Shown piece after piece: positions 1-13,100 of a stretch of DNA of 64,000 nucleotides. Origin of the DNA: Eledone cirrhosa (taxonomy: Eukaryota); assembly GCA_964016885.1 (NCBI GenBank), contig OZ024741.1, positions 27,776,001-27,840,000 on the forward strand, given 5' to 3'. The translations under genes were made by a program, and so were the position numbers. Numbering within the stretch: position 1 is the stretch's first letter; each line of letters begins with the position of its first letter. The notes beneath the pieces were generated by a model that did no database searches, had not been told where the DNA came from, and worked only from the letters and a program-made list of their open reading frames with translations.

Positions 1-234
1 CTCAACTGTAGCTTCTTTCCACTGGGATTTCTTGATTCTTCATCGCCCAATGATAAACATCACATGTCCATACCAGCACAGTCTTCTCTCCTGCACACTA
101 CATCTGATTCCTCTTATATACAGCCTTTCTCTCAACTCATCCATGCTTTGTCCATATACATATATATATATACATCTTTGGAATATATATCATCATCATA
201 TTTATATATATGTGTGTGTGTGTGCATGTATATA

Positions 235-271
<37 letters not shown>

Positions 272-384
272 TCAACATCACCGTTTTACGTCCATTTTTG
301 CACGCTAGCATGGGTTAGACGAGTTATCCTGTTGTGGGCAATGTCAGGCCAGGTGATCATGTCTTGCTCATACAGAACTGATTT

Positions 385-421
<37 letters not shown>

Positions 422-500
422 GTATATACACACACACACATATATATATATTCCAAAGGTACATTTGTCATGTCAACAATTAACTTCTAGTAATACTTAC

Positions 501-549
501 GGTACGTACAGGTTCAAATGGTTGCTCATGTTCTTCATCCACACCAACT
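501..549 (-). CDS. NHE6/7/9-like exon 13 (start of cytosolic tail); gene continues left of the window
   Basis: TTTCAG|(R)VGVDEEHEQPFEPVRT|GTAAGT. 49 bp, phase 2 to 0. 'RVGVD' follows the last TM in NHE6/7/9. Confidence 0.9.
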
Positions 550-885
550 CTGAAATGGACCAAAGAAAAGATGTGAAGTAATTGTATGAACAGTATGACA
601 GCATGAAACCATCACAAGTTCAACACTAAGTTACAGCTGGTAATCACGAACTGGAGTAACATGAAATGAAATGCCTTGCTCAATGAGACAACTTGCCACA
701 TACGCCAAGCTGTTGAATTCAGAATTTTATGATTATGAACTCAACACTCAAGCCATTAGACACAAGGGATTGAAATGGTTACAAATAACAATCAAAAATG
801 GGCCCTTAGCTTGAATGACTCAGAAGTTTTCATCAAAACACAGTAAAGTAAATATTTCAAAATCTCTTTAAAGAATCTGTTTGAT

Positions 886-1142
886 TTAACCCTTTTCATA
901 CCAAACTACCTAAATCCAATCCTGGTTCTACAATATATAATTGTTTGTTTTAAAGTATTTGTATTTATCTAAAAATCCTTCATAATTTTATGTAAGAACC
1001 TTTGATGAGTTATCTTCCAAATACCAGCTTAATAATGAGAAAGCTATATTACTAAATCCTTTCAAATTATTAATTATTTTCAAAATAATTTGAAAATTAA
1101 TCGCAATGTCTTTCATTGGAGACATTGTAATAAAAGGGTTAA
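886..1142. mobile_element. piggyBac-type MITE (representative; relatives at about 19025-19280, 22527-23250, 37697-37932, 42109-42340, 46794-47030)
   Basis: TTAA|CCCTTTT ... AAAAGGG|TTAA, i.e. CCCT/AGGG termini with a TTAA target. Confidence 0.7.
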
Positions 1143-1668
1143 AGTGTTTACATTCATCTAAAAACCTTCCCTCAAAATTTTATGTAAGAACTTCATGTTT
1201 GAAATATGAGCTTAATAAGGAGAAAGTTAATTATATTACTAAATACATCAAAATTCTTAATTATTTTTTAAATAATTTGAAAAATCATAGGCAATGTCTT
1301 TCATTAAAAATGTGGTAATGAAAGAAGTAATTATTTAAAAAAAAAAAGAATGTTTGGATTTGAATTTAGTTGTTTAATTAATCATGTTTTGTTGGGTGTG
1401 TCCGTAATGATAATGTGATATGCATGAACGAAGAAGCATGGATGAGTTGAGAGAAAAAGAGTGGAATCAGATGTTACATGCAGAAGAGAAGATTTGACTG
1501 GTTTGGATACGAGCAGAAGTAGTGAAAGCTGATCTCAATAAACTACACCTCACTAAGGAGATGACAAAGGAAAGATGCAAGTGAAAAGATGATGTTCTGG
1601 AGGGATGGTGTACTGGTTTAACCCATGCAAGCATGGAAAAATAGACATTAAAAAATGATGATGATTAC

Positions 1669-1822
1669 CTGATCTTAAGCCACTGTAACATAGGTGTAGT
1701 CATACTTCCACAAACTATAACTGTTACAAGAACAACCATCATGATGGCAGACACCATGTACTGCCGGGCTGCTGTTGATGTGTTTCGGATAGCTAAAGCA
1801 AAAGCTATTGCTCCTCTTAATC
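1669..1822 (-). CDS. NHE6/7/9-like exon 12
   Basis: TACAG|(G)LRGAIAFALAIRNTSTAARQYMVSAIMMVVLVTVIVCGSMTTPMLQWLKI(R)|GTAATC. 154 bp. 'GLRGA.AFALA' motif. Confidence 0.98.
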
Positions 1823-1949
1823 CTGTAGACAAATACATATTGGAAATATCAATTATCAGCACATACTTAAATCATACAAATACATATATAGTCACACATA
1901 CATATAAACATACATACAATCAAACACATAGCTAGAGTCTACTAATAGA

Positions 1950-1980
<31 letters not shown>

Positions 1981-2060
1981 TGATACACACACACATATAT
2001 ATATCACCATCATCATCATCATCCTCGTTTAACGTCCACTTTCCACGCTAGCATGGGTTA

Positions 2061-2127
<67 letters not shown>

Positions 2128-2157
2128 AGATCAAAAGATGGTTAAAAGAGTTCCATG

Positions 2158-2228
2158 TATTTTATTATGCGCATTTCAAAAACAAATATCATCATGCAAT
2201 AATATTTGTGTTTTCATCAGATAAAATA
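2158..2228 (-). ncRNA. Type I hammerhead ribozyme fold (Penelope/retrozyme-like)
   Basis: TATTTTAT-CTGATGA-[16-bp stem II, GCAT loop]-GAAA-TGCGCA-TA-ATAAAATA. Perfect 8-bp stem I, palindromic stem III, AUA cleavage triplet. Confidence 0.75.
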
Positions 2229-2378
2229 GGAAGACATGATATGAAGGTTAAAAAACACTTGTGAATAGTGCAGTTTTAAATCAACATATGAAAAGTAGTT
2301 TTAGATTGATGTGTGATATTGGGAAAAAAATCTTATCCAATATCTGCATTGCTTTATTGTACTACAATAAAACTCACC

Positions 2379-2440
<62 letters not shown>

Positions 2441-2591
2441 TATATACACATATATATATACACACACATATATACACACACATATATACACATATATATA
2501 CACACATATATACACATATATATACACACATATATACACATATATATATATACACACATATATACACATACATATATATATATATATACAA

Positions 2592-2624
<33 letters not shown>

Positions 2625-2687
2625 CACGTATATACATATATATATATATGTAAAAGGTAAACAGAAATAACAACACAATTGGTACAG

Positions 2688-2724
2688 TTCTTAACGTTTC
2701 AGACGCTAGTCCTTCATCAGAAGT
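2688..2724 (-). ncRNA. Minimal/degenerate Penelope-type hammerhead motif
   Basis: CTT-CTGATGA-A-GGAC(TAGC)GTCT-GAAACGTT-AAG. Stem I is only about 3 bp. Confidence 0.4.
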
Positions 2725-2845
2725 AAGAATGAGAAATAAGATAGATTGAGGAGAAGGGTGGGTTAGAATTGGAAAAAATGTCTTTAGATAAAAATAACAG
2801 GTCCATTCATGTTTACATCACACACATATACACACGCGCACACAC

Positions 2846-2905
<60 letters not shown>

Positions 2906-2933
2906 CCAAATATATGTATAAACAATGACTTAC

Positions 2934-3045
2934 CAGCAAACATCATCATATGTTGGAAAGCAAAGCTAATTTTGTTCTTTCGTCCTAAATTTAGCAGATA
3001 GGACAGGGGGTAAACATTAGAAAATCTGGCTATAATTATTGCAAA
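2934..3045 (-). CDS. NHE6/7/9-like exon 11
   Basis: [37 protein letters not shown](G)|GTAAGT. 112 bp. The frame requires the acceptor ...TCCAT|TTT. Confidence 0.93.
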
Positions 3046-4336
3046 ATGGATTACTGTTAAGAATAATAATTATTGTTTGATGGAGCTTTTGTTTGTACAA
3101 TGTACATAAATTAATTCTGGCATGTTGTAAAAGTTTATTAAAATGGTTGGTGTGAGGTAGAGCATCTAGGTGTAACACATTACTCCACGGAAGATCCCAT
3201 GGTGAGTATTAACCTCTCATGGGACCTGCAAGTCTAACCTCTGTTTTTGCTGTTGTACCAATTCATTCCTATAAAGTAGTTTCTGATTTAGACACAAGGC
3301 CAACAATTTTGTAGGAGGGGAAAGTCAATTAAATTGACCCCAGTACATTACTGGTACTTTATTTTATCAACCCTGTAAAGCTAATCTTGGCAGGATATGA
3401 ACTCAGATTGTAAAGGGCCGTAACTATGCCATAAAGCATTTTGTCCAACACCCCACCAATACTGCCAATCCCCCGCTCTATAAAGTAACAAACATTTCAT
3501 AGAGAATCTGTGAAAGAAACAAACATAAATCCACATAGGTGTAGGAATGGTTCTGTGGTTAAGGAGTGCCCTTTACAATCACAAGGTTCTGAGTTCACTC
3601 CCACTGTGTGGCACCTTGGGCAAGTGTCTTCTATAATAGCCTCAGTCAGTCAATGCCTTTTCAGTGAAATTTGGTAGACAGAAACTGTAAAGAAGCCCAT
3701 TAGATATGAATCTGAGTGTGTTTGTTTTTATCTGTGTTTATGTTTACTATTTGTTAATGTCTCATAATTTAGTGGCTCAATGAAATAAGTACCAGACTTG
3801 AAATATACTGGGGTTGACTAAATTCCTTGAAAGCAGTGCCCTGGCATGGCTGCTGTCTATTGATTGAAACCAGTAAAAGAATAAAAGTATATACACAATA
3901 GACAGAACAGCACAATCAGGGCTAAATCATTCATTAACCTATAGTATGTACATTACTCTATATATACTATTGTATTTTCACAGTAAAGGCTTTACCTTAC
4001 AGAATTATCTCACATAATATCGAATCTATGAGGTTTTGATATTTATTTTGAGAACAATACCTTCACATCAGTATGAGCAACCAGTTACAGCTGTGAGGAA
4101 ATTCTGGCTGGATATGGCTGGTTTAAACCAGTTAAATGCTAAAGGGTTAAGCATGACTGAAACTTAAGGGGTCCTGCAGGGACTAGGGGCCCATCAATTT
4201 CTTTTGCTGTAGTGGGTGAAAGATTGAGACACCAGAGGAGGCCTAAAATACAAGAAATCTAAGGGCTCCAGATATGGATTAATACAGTCTAGAGCACAAT
4301 GAAAAGATCTTCAAAAATTGCTTGAAAAAAGGATAC
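3046..4336 (-). other. U12-type intron with GT-AT termini
   Basis: 5' site GTATCCTTT at 4336, branch-like TTCTTAAC at 3056-3063. The plausible in-frame acceptor is AT, 10 nt downstream of the branch motif. Confidence 0.85.
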
Positions 4337-4450
4337 AAATGCTGAAAATATAAAAATTGCATGCCATTTCATGCCTTGAAAAGTAAATACAGAAACTCCA
4401 ATGTAGAGGAATACAAAATTTTCAGCTAAAAAGTTACAAAGCTCGAACAA
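4337..4450 (-). CDS. NHE6/7/9-like exon 10 (followed by a U12 intron)
   Basis: TGCAG|LFELCNFLAENFVFLYIGVSVFTFQGMKWHAIFIFSAF|GTATCCTTT. 114 bp, phase 0 to 0. Confidence 0.96.
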
Positions 4451-4825
4451 CTGCAAAGAGAAAAATTGAATAACATTAAAAAACAACAAACCCCAACAAA
4501 ATTTGACAAATAATTTTTAAAAAAAGAGTAGTGAGGTTAATACAAAGCATTGTGGGATATGTAGTAAATGACTGATAAGTATAGTTTTTTTCAGCCAGTA
4601 CAATGTGGTAGAAAAAACACTCATGCTTCCCGAAATACGCCAAAACTACACCTGATGTACCCCTTCCATACACATGCACACATGTGTTTATCATGACTCA
4701 TGCACTGTTCATTTTCCTGACGTTTGTACATTACCCTATGTACTAGACATACACTTTTTGATAAGTTGTAGTGCACCTGAGCACTGTACACAATATTTCA
4801 TTATTATTATTATTATTTAAAATAA

Positions 4826-5021
4826 GGGCGGTGGATTGGCAGTATCAGTAGAGGGTCGGACGCCATGCTTTCCAGCATAGTTACGTCCCTTTACGATCTG
4901 AGTTCAAATCCCGCCGAGGTTGACTTTGCCTTTCATCCTTACGGGGTCGATAAAATAAAGTACCAGTAATGCACTGGGTAATTGCTGGCCTTGTGCCTAA
5001 AGTAGAAACAATTATTATTAT
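4826..5021 (+). mobile_element. SINE family B (representative copy; others at about 3285-3478, 5200-5415, 6375-6565, 19685-19870, 20050-20250, 20450-20640, 48025-48200)
   Basis: GGGCGGTGGATTGGCAG...GAGTTCAAATCCCGCCGAGG...GCCTTTCATCCTTACGGGGTCGATAAAATAAAGTACCAG...(ATT)n recurs in both orientations across the window. Confidence 0.85.
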
Positions 5022-5414
5022 TTAAAATATAAAGAACTAATCATGGTAAATGAAACAAAACAAAGGAAAGTAAGGTTTTGCCCAGTGTATCAAAACATGT
5101 AACAATATAAAAGCAAATATGATAATAATAATTGCTTCTACTTTAGGCACAAGGCCAGCAATTATCCCAGTGCATTACAAATACGATAATAATAATAATG
5201 ATTCCTACCAAAAGCACAAGGTCAGCAATTTTGGGGTAGGGAAGAGTCAATTAAATCGACCCCAGTGATTTACTGGTGCTTATTTTATCAATCCCATATG
5301 GATGAAAGGCAAAGCTAACCTTGGCAAGATTTGAACTCAGAACGTAAAGGGCCGTAACTCTGTGCCACAAAGCATGTCGTCCGACGTTCTACTGATACTG
5401 CCAATCCACTGCCC

Positions 5415-5446
<32 letters not shown>

Positions 5447-5654
5447 TGTTTTCTAACATTGGCAAAAAGCCATCAATTCTGTAGAGAGGGGACTGTCTAT
5501 TTCAACCCCAGGAGTTTACTGGTACTTTATTTAATCAACCTTGAAAGGATGAAAAGCAAAGTTGATCTCAGCAGGATTTGCACTCAGAAGATAGAGTCAT
5601 AACTAAATACCACAACACTGTTAATCTACCACTTAATAATGATAATAATTCCTA

Positions 5655-5990
5655 AGGTGGTAAGTCCCTCATCTGGGATGTAAGCTGCTGTGACACATTC
5701 TCTGTTTCCAACTTAGTCGCTTCAGCCTCAAACCCCGGTACCACAGCCACCAATGCAGAGGATAGAAAGACAAGAAAATACCAGAGCTTGTCCAGCTGCT
5801 GCTTCTTTGTACCAGTCATCGTCAAGACCTCAGGCTTCCTCGGGCCCCATACAGCTGACCTCCTCTGTAAAATTAGAATGACATCAGCCCATCTAAGGAA
5901 GAAGACCCATGAGGTGGGGTGGCTGTTGTAGCTTTCTCTGGCCATTGTCCATAGAAATGCCTTTGCCATTTTGTCTGCGGGGCGCAGCTG
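5655..5990 (+). mobile_element. CRE-like non-LTR retrotransposon 3' fragment (restriction-like endonuclease region)
   Basis: Plus-strand translation GKSLIWDVSCCDT...AEDRKTRKYQSL...FVPVIVKTSGFLG...LSLAIVHRNAFAILSA. Confidence 0.7.
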
Positions 5991-7067
5991 AAACACCACT
6001 CTGACCTAGGAGTAGAGTCTACCACCCTTTCCCCCTTCCCCTTTTCTTTCTTCTGCTGCCTCATAGTCCTTGCTCTTGCCTTCCTTTTCTTCTCATTTAT
6101 GGCATTTATAGTCCTTTCCAATACTGCTTTCTTTCTCTGTATGTTTGAACAGTTTACAGTTATATCAACAATAAATTTATTCAACCATTACATAAAAAAA
6201 AAAATGTAGACATAAAGTCAACAAACTGGGAGTGGATCGGTTATATCAATCCTAGTATTTTAACTGGTACTTTTGATTTTCATCCTTGTGAGGTCAACAA
6301 AATAAAGGTGACCATGACAGCATTTCAACTGAAAACATAAATGGACATAGCTAAATATCACAAGGCATTTATAATTGTTTCTACTTTTGGCACAAGGCCA
6401 GCAATTACCCCAGTGTGTTACTGGTATTTTATTTTATCGACCCCATAAGGATGAAAGGCAAAGTTAACCTCGGTGTGATTTGAACTCAGATCATAAAGGG
6501 CCGTAACTCTATGCTACAAAGCATGGCGTCCAACGCTTTACCGATACTGCCAATTCACCGCCCCGACAAGCATTTATAATGCCAGTAAAAATAAAACCCT
6601 GGGGTTTTTGATTAACAAATGTATATTGTTTATGGTAGCAAAAATGATTTGGAAGCATTTTCAATAGTGTGGAGGTCTCTGCCTAGAGATTAGTCAGATC
6701 AACCCCCACCCCTCAATAGCAGGCGCCAACATAAAAGGGTTAACTCACAGATAACTGTTTCCTAATTAGAATATTTACAATAGTTAGGCTCAAATCATTA
6801 ACATAGTGCTTGTCAACAGTTGCAGTCCTGAAAAGATTTCACACATACACACTCACATATATACACACATATACACAATTACATCCCACCCACAACACAT
6901 ATATACTCTCACACACACTCATTTACACACAATTACCCCTCACCCCACACCCCTCTGTAGCAGGTGTCATCATAAAAGGGTTAACTCACAAATGTGTTTC
7001 ATAATTAGAATATTTACAATAATTAGGCTCTAATCATTACATAGTGCTTATTAACAATTGCAGTCCA

Positions 7068-7158
<91 letters not shown>

Positions 7159-7169
7159 TCTCAAACACA

Positions 7170-10100
7170 CACAGATAGACAATCAATCAGCCAGTCCACA
7201 CACACAGACAGTCAATCAGCCAGTCCACACACACACAGACAGTCAATCAGCCAGTCCACACACACAGAGACAGTCAATCAACCAGTCCACACACACACAT
7301 AGACAGTCAATCAGCCAGTCCACACACACACATGCAGTCAAATCAGCCAGTCCACACACACAGACAGTCAAATCAGCCAGTCCACACACACACACACAGA
7401 CAATCAGCCAGTCCACACACACACAGACAATCAGCCAGTCCACACACACAGACAGTCAAATCAGCCAGTCCACACACACAAATAGTCAAATCAGCCAGTC
7501 CACACACACACAGACAGTCAATCAGCCAGTCCACACACACACACACAGACAATCAGCCAGTCCATACACACAGACAGTCAAATCAGCCAGTCCACACACA
7601 CAGACAGTCAAATCAGCCAGTCCACACACACAGACAGTCAATCAGCCAGTCCACACACACAAAGTCAATCAGCCAGTCCACACACATACACAGTCAATCA
7701 GCCAGTCCACACACACACACAGACAGTCAATCAGCCAGTCCACACACAGACAATCAGCCAGTCCACACACACACACAGACAGTCAATCAGCCAGTCCACA
7801 CACACAGACAGTCAAATCAGCCAGTCCACACACACAGACAGTCAATCAGCCAGTCCACACACACACAGACAGTCAATCAACCAGTCCACACACACACAGA
7901 CAGTCAATCAACCAGTCCACACACACACACAGACAGTCAATCAGCCAGTCCACACACAGACAGTCAATCAACCAGTCCACACACACACACACAGACAGTC
8001 AATCAGCCAGTCCACACACACACACACAGACAGTCAATCAGCCAGTCCACACACACAGACAGTCAAATCAGCCAGTCCACACACACAGACAGTCAATCAG
8101 CCAGTCCACACACACACAGACAGTCAATCAACCAGTCCACACACACGCAGACAGTCAATCAACCAGTCCACACACACACACAGACAGTCAATCAGCCAGT
8201 CCACACACAGACAGTCAATCAACCAGTCCACACACACACACAGACAGTCAATCAGCCAGTCCACACACACACACAGACAGTCAATCAGCCAGTTCACACA
8301 CACAGACAGTCAAATCAGCCAGTCCACACACACAGACAGTCATATCAGCCAGTCCACACACACAGAGACAGGCAGACAGTCAATCAGCCAGTCCACACAC
8401 ACACAGACAGTCAATCAGCCAGTCCACACACACACACACACAGACAATCAGCCAGTCCATACACACAGACAGTCAAATCAGCCAGTCCACACACACAGAC
8501 AGTCAAATCAGCCAGTCCACACACACAGACAGTCAAATCAGCCAGTCCACACACATACACAGTAAATCAGCCAGTCCACACACACACAGACAGTCAATCA
8601 GCCAGTCCACACACAGACAGTCAATCAACCAGTCCACACACACACACAGACAGTCAATCAGCCAGTCCACACACACACAGACAGTCAATCAGCCAGTCCA
8701 CACACACAGACAATCAGCCAGTCCACACACACAGAGTCAAATCAGCCAGTCCACACACACAGACAGTCAATCAGCCAGTCCACACACAGTCAATCAGCCA
8801 GTCCACACACACACAGACAGTCAATCAACCAGTCCACACACACACAGACAGTCAATCAACCAGTCCACACACACACACAGACAGTCAATCAGCCAGTCCA
8901 CACACACACACATACAGACAGTCAATCAGCCAGTCCACACACAGACAGTCAATCAACCAGTCCACACACACACACAGACAGTCAATCAGCCAGTCCACAC
9001 ACAGACAATCAGCCAGTCCACACACACAGACAGTCAAATCAGCCAGTCCACACACACAGACAGTCCGCACACATACACAGTAAATCAGCCAGTCCACACA
9101 CACACAGACAGTCAATCAGCTAGTCCACACAGAGACAGTCAATCAACCAGTCCACACACACACACAGACAGTCCACACACAGACAATCAGCCAGTCCACA
9201 CACACACACAGACAGTCAATCAGCCAGTCCACACACACAGACAGTCAAATCAGCCAGTCCACACACACAGACAGTCCGCACACATACACAGTAAATCAGC
9301 CAGTCCACACACACACAGACAGTCAATCAGCCAGTCCACACAGAGACAGTCAATCAACCAGTCCACACACACACACAGACAGTCAATCAGCCAGTCCACA
9401 CACACACAGACAGTCAATCAGCCAGTCCACACACACACAGACAGTCAATCAACCAGTCCACACACACACATAGACAGTCAATCAGCCAGTCCACACACAC
9501 ACATGCAGTCAAATCAGCCAGTCCACACACACAGACAGTCAAATCAGCCAGTCCACACACACACACACAGACAATCAGCCAGTCCACACACACACAGACA
9601 ATCAGCCAGTCCACACACACAGACAGTCAAATCAGCCAGTCCACACACACAAATAGTCAAATCAGCCAGTCCACACACACACAGACAGTCAATCAGCCAG
9701 TCCACACACACACACACAGACAATCAGCCAGTCCATACACACAGACAGTCAAATCAGCCAGTCCACACACACAGACAGTCAAATCAGCCAGTCCACACAC
9801 ACAGACAGTCAATCAGCCAGTCCACACACACAAAGTCAATCAGCCAGTCCACACACATACACAGTCAATCAGCCAGTCCACACACACACACAGACAGTCA
9901 ATCAGCCAGTCCACACACAGACAATCAGCCAGTCCACACACACACACAGACAGTCAATCAGCCAGTCCACACACACAGACAGTCAAATCAGCCAGTCCAC
10001 ACACACAGACAGTCAATCAGCCAGTCCACACACACACAGACAGTCAATCAACCAGTCCACACACACACAGACAGTCAATCAACCAGTCCACACACACACA

Positions 10101-13100
10101 CAGACAGTCAATCAGCCAGTCCACACACAGACAGTCAATCAACCAGTCCACACACACACACACAGACAGTCAATCAGCCAGTCCACACACACACACACAG
10201 ACAGTCAATCAGCCAGTCCACACACACAGACAGTCAAATCAGCCAGTCCACACACACAGACAGTCAATCAGCCAGTCCACACACACACAGACAGTCAATC
10301 AACCAGTCCACACACACGCAGACAGTCAATCAACCAGTCCACACACACACACAGACAGTCAATCAGCCAGTCCACACACAGACAGTCAATCAACCAGTCC
10401 ACACACACACACAGACAGTCAATCAGCCAGTCCACACACACACACAGACAGTCAATCAGCCAGTTCACACACACAGACAGTCAAATCAGCCAGTCCACAC
10501 ACACAGACAGTCATATCAGCCAGTCCACACACACAGAGACAGGCAGACAGTCAATCAGCCAGTCCACACACACACAGACAGTCAATCAGCCAGTCCACAC
10601 ACACACACACACAGACAATCAGCCAGTCCATACACACAGACAGTCAAATCAGCCAGTCCACACACACAGACAGTCAAATCAGCCAGTCCACACACACAGA
10701 CAGTCAAATCAGCCAGTCCACACACATACACAGTAAATCAGCCAGTCCACACACACACAGACAGTCAATCAGCCAGTCCACACACAGACAGTCAATCAAC
10801 CAGTCCACACACACACACAGACAGTCAATCAGCCAGTCCACACACACACAGACAGTCAATCAGCCAGTCCACACACACAGACAATCAGCCAGTCCACACA
10901 CACAGAGTCAAATCAGCCAGTCCACACACACAGACAGTCAATCAGCCAGTCCACACACAGTCAATCAGCCAGTCCACACACACACAGACAGTCAATCAAC
11001 CAGTCCACACACACACAGACAGTCAATCAACCAGTCCACACACACACACAGACAGTCAATCAGCCAGTCCACACACACACACATACAGACAGTCAATCAG
11101 CCAGTCCACACACAGACAGTCAATCAACCAGTCCACACACACACACAGACAGTCAATCAGCCAGTCCACACACAGACAATCAGCCAGTCCACACACACAG
11201 ACAGTCAAATCAGCCAGTCCACACACACAGACAGTCCGCACACATACACAGTAAATCAGCCAGTCCACACACACACAGACAGTCAATCAGCTAGTCCACA
11301 CAGAGACAGTCAATCAACCAGTCCACACACACACACAGACAGTCCACACACAGACAATCAGCCAGTCCACACACACACACAGACAGTCAATCAGCCAGTC
11401 CACACACACAGACAGTCAAATCAGCCAGTCCACACACACAGACAGTCCGCACACATACACAGTAAATCAGCCAGTCCACACACACACAGACAGTCAATCA
11501 GCCAGTCCACACAGAGACAGTCAATCAACCAGTCCACACACACACACAGACAGTCAATCAGCCAGTCCACACACACACAGACAGTCAATCAGCCAGTCCA
11601 CACACACACACAGACAGTCAATCAGCCAGTCCACACACACACACACACACAGACAATCAGCCAGTCCACACACACAGAGTCAAATCAGCCAGTCCACACA
11701 CACAGACAGTCAATCAGCCAGTCCACACACAGTCAATCAGCCAGTCCACACACACACACATACAGACAGTCAATCAGCCAGTCCACACACAGACAGTCAA
11801 TCAACCAGTCCACACACACACACAGACAGTCAATCAGCCAGTCCACACACAGACAATCAGCCAGTCCACACACACACACAGACAGTCAATCAGCCAGTCC
11901 ACACACACACACACATACAGACAGTCAATCAGCCAGTCCACACACAGACAGTCAATCAACCAGTCCACACACACACACAGACAGTCAATCAGCCAGTCCA
12001 CACACAGACAATCAGCCAGTCCACACACACACACAGACAGTCAATCAGCCAGTCCACACACAGAGACAGTCAAATCAGCCAGTCCACACACACACAGACA
12101 GTCAAATGAGCCAGTCCACACACACAGACAGTCAAATGAGCCAGTCCATACACACAGATAGTCAAATGAGCCAGTCCACACACACAGATAGTCAAATGAG
12201 CCATTCCACACACACAGACAGTCAAATCAGCCAGTCCACACACACAGACAGTCAAATGAGCCAGTCCACACACACATATAGTCAAATGAGCCATTCCACA
12301 CACAGAGACAGTCAAATGAGCCAGTCCACACACACAGATAGTCAAATGAGCCATTCCACACACACAGACAGTCAAATCAGCCAGTCCACACACACAGACA
12401 GTCAAATGAGCCAGTCCACACACACAGATAGTCAAATGAGCCATTCCACACACACAGACAGTCAAATCAGCCAGTCCACACACACAGATAGTCAAATGAG
12501 CCAGTCCACACACACAGATAGTCAAATGAGCCATTCCACACACAGAGACAGTCAAATCAGCCAGTCCACACACACACAGACAGTCAAATGAGCCAATCCA
12601 CACACACAGACAGTCAAATGAGCCAGTCCACACACACAGACAGTCAAATGAGCCAGTCCACACACACAGATAGTCAAATGAGCCAGTCCACACACACAGA
12701 TAGTCAAATGAGCCAGTCCACACACACAGATAGTCAAATGAGCCATTCCACACACACAGACAGTCAAATCAGCCAGTCCACACACACAGACAGTCAAATG
12801 AGCCAGTCCACACACACAGATAGTCAAATGAGCCAGTCCACACACACAGATAGTCAAATGAGCCATTCCACACACACAGACAGTCAAATGAGCCAGTCCA
12901 CACACACAGACAGTCAAATGAGCCAGTCCACACACACAGATAGTCAAATGAGCCATTCCACACACACAGACAGTCAAATGAGCCAGTCCACACACACAGA
13001 CAGTCAAATGAGCCAGTCCACACACACAGATAGTCAAATGAGCCATTCCACACACACAGACAGTCAAATCAGCCAGTCCACACACACACAGACAGACAGT

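Noticed and set aside
3054-3055. Canonical AG acceptor for exon 11
   Set aside because: It abuts the branch motif and would give an immediate in-frame TAA and a frameshift after the phase-0 donor.
5652-6184. Minus-strand 115-aa and 103-aa ORFs as extra NHE exons or a nested gene
   Set aside because: The opposite strand matches a CRE-like retrotransposon endonuclease remnant, and exons 9 and 10 already join in phase without them.
7058-11254. 1398-aa and 583-aa H/T/Q/S-rich ORFs
   Set aside because: Translations of a stop-poor CA minisatellite, antisense within an intron; no domain content.
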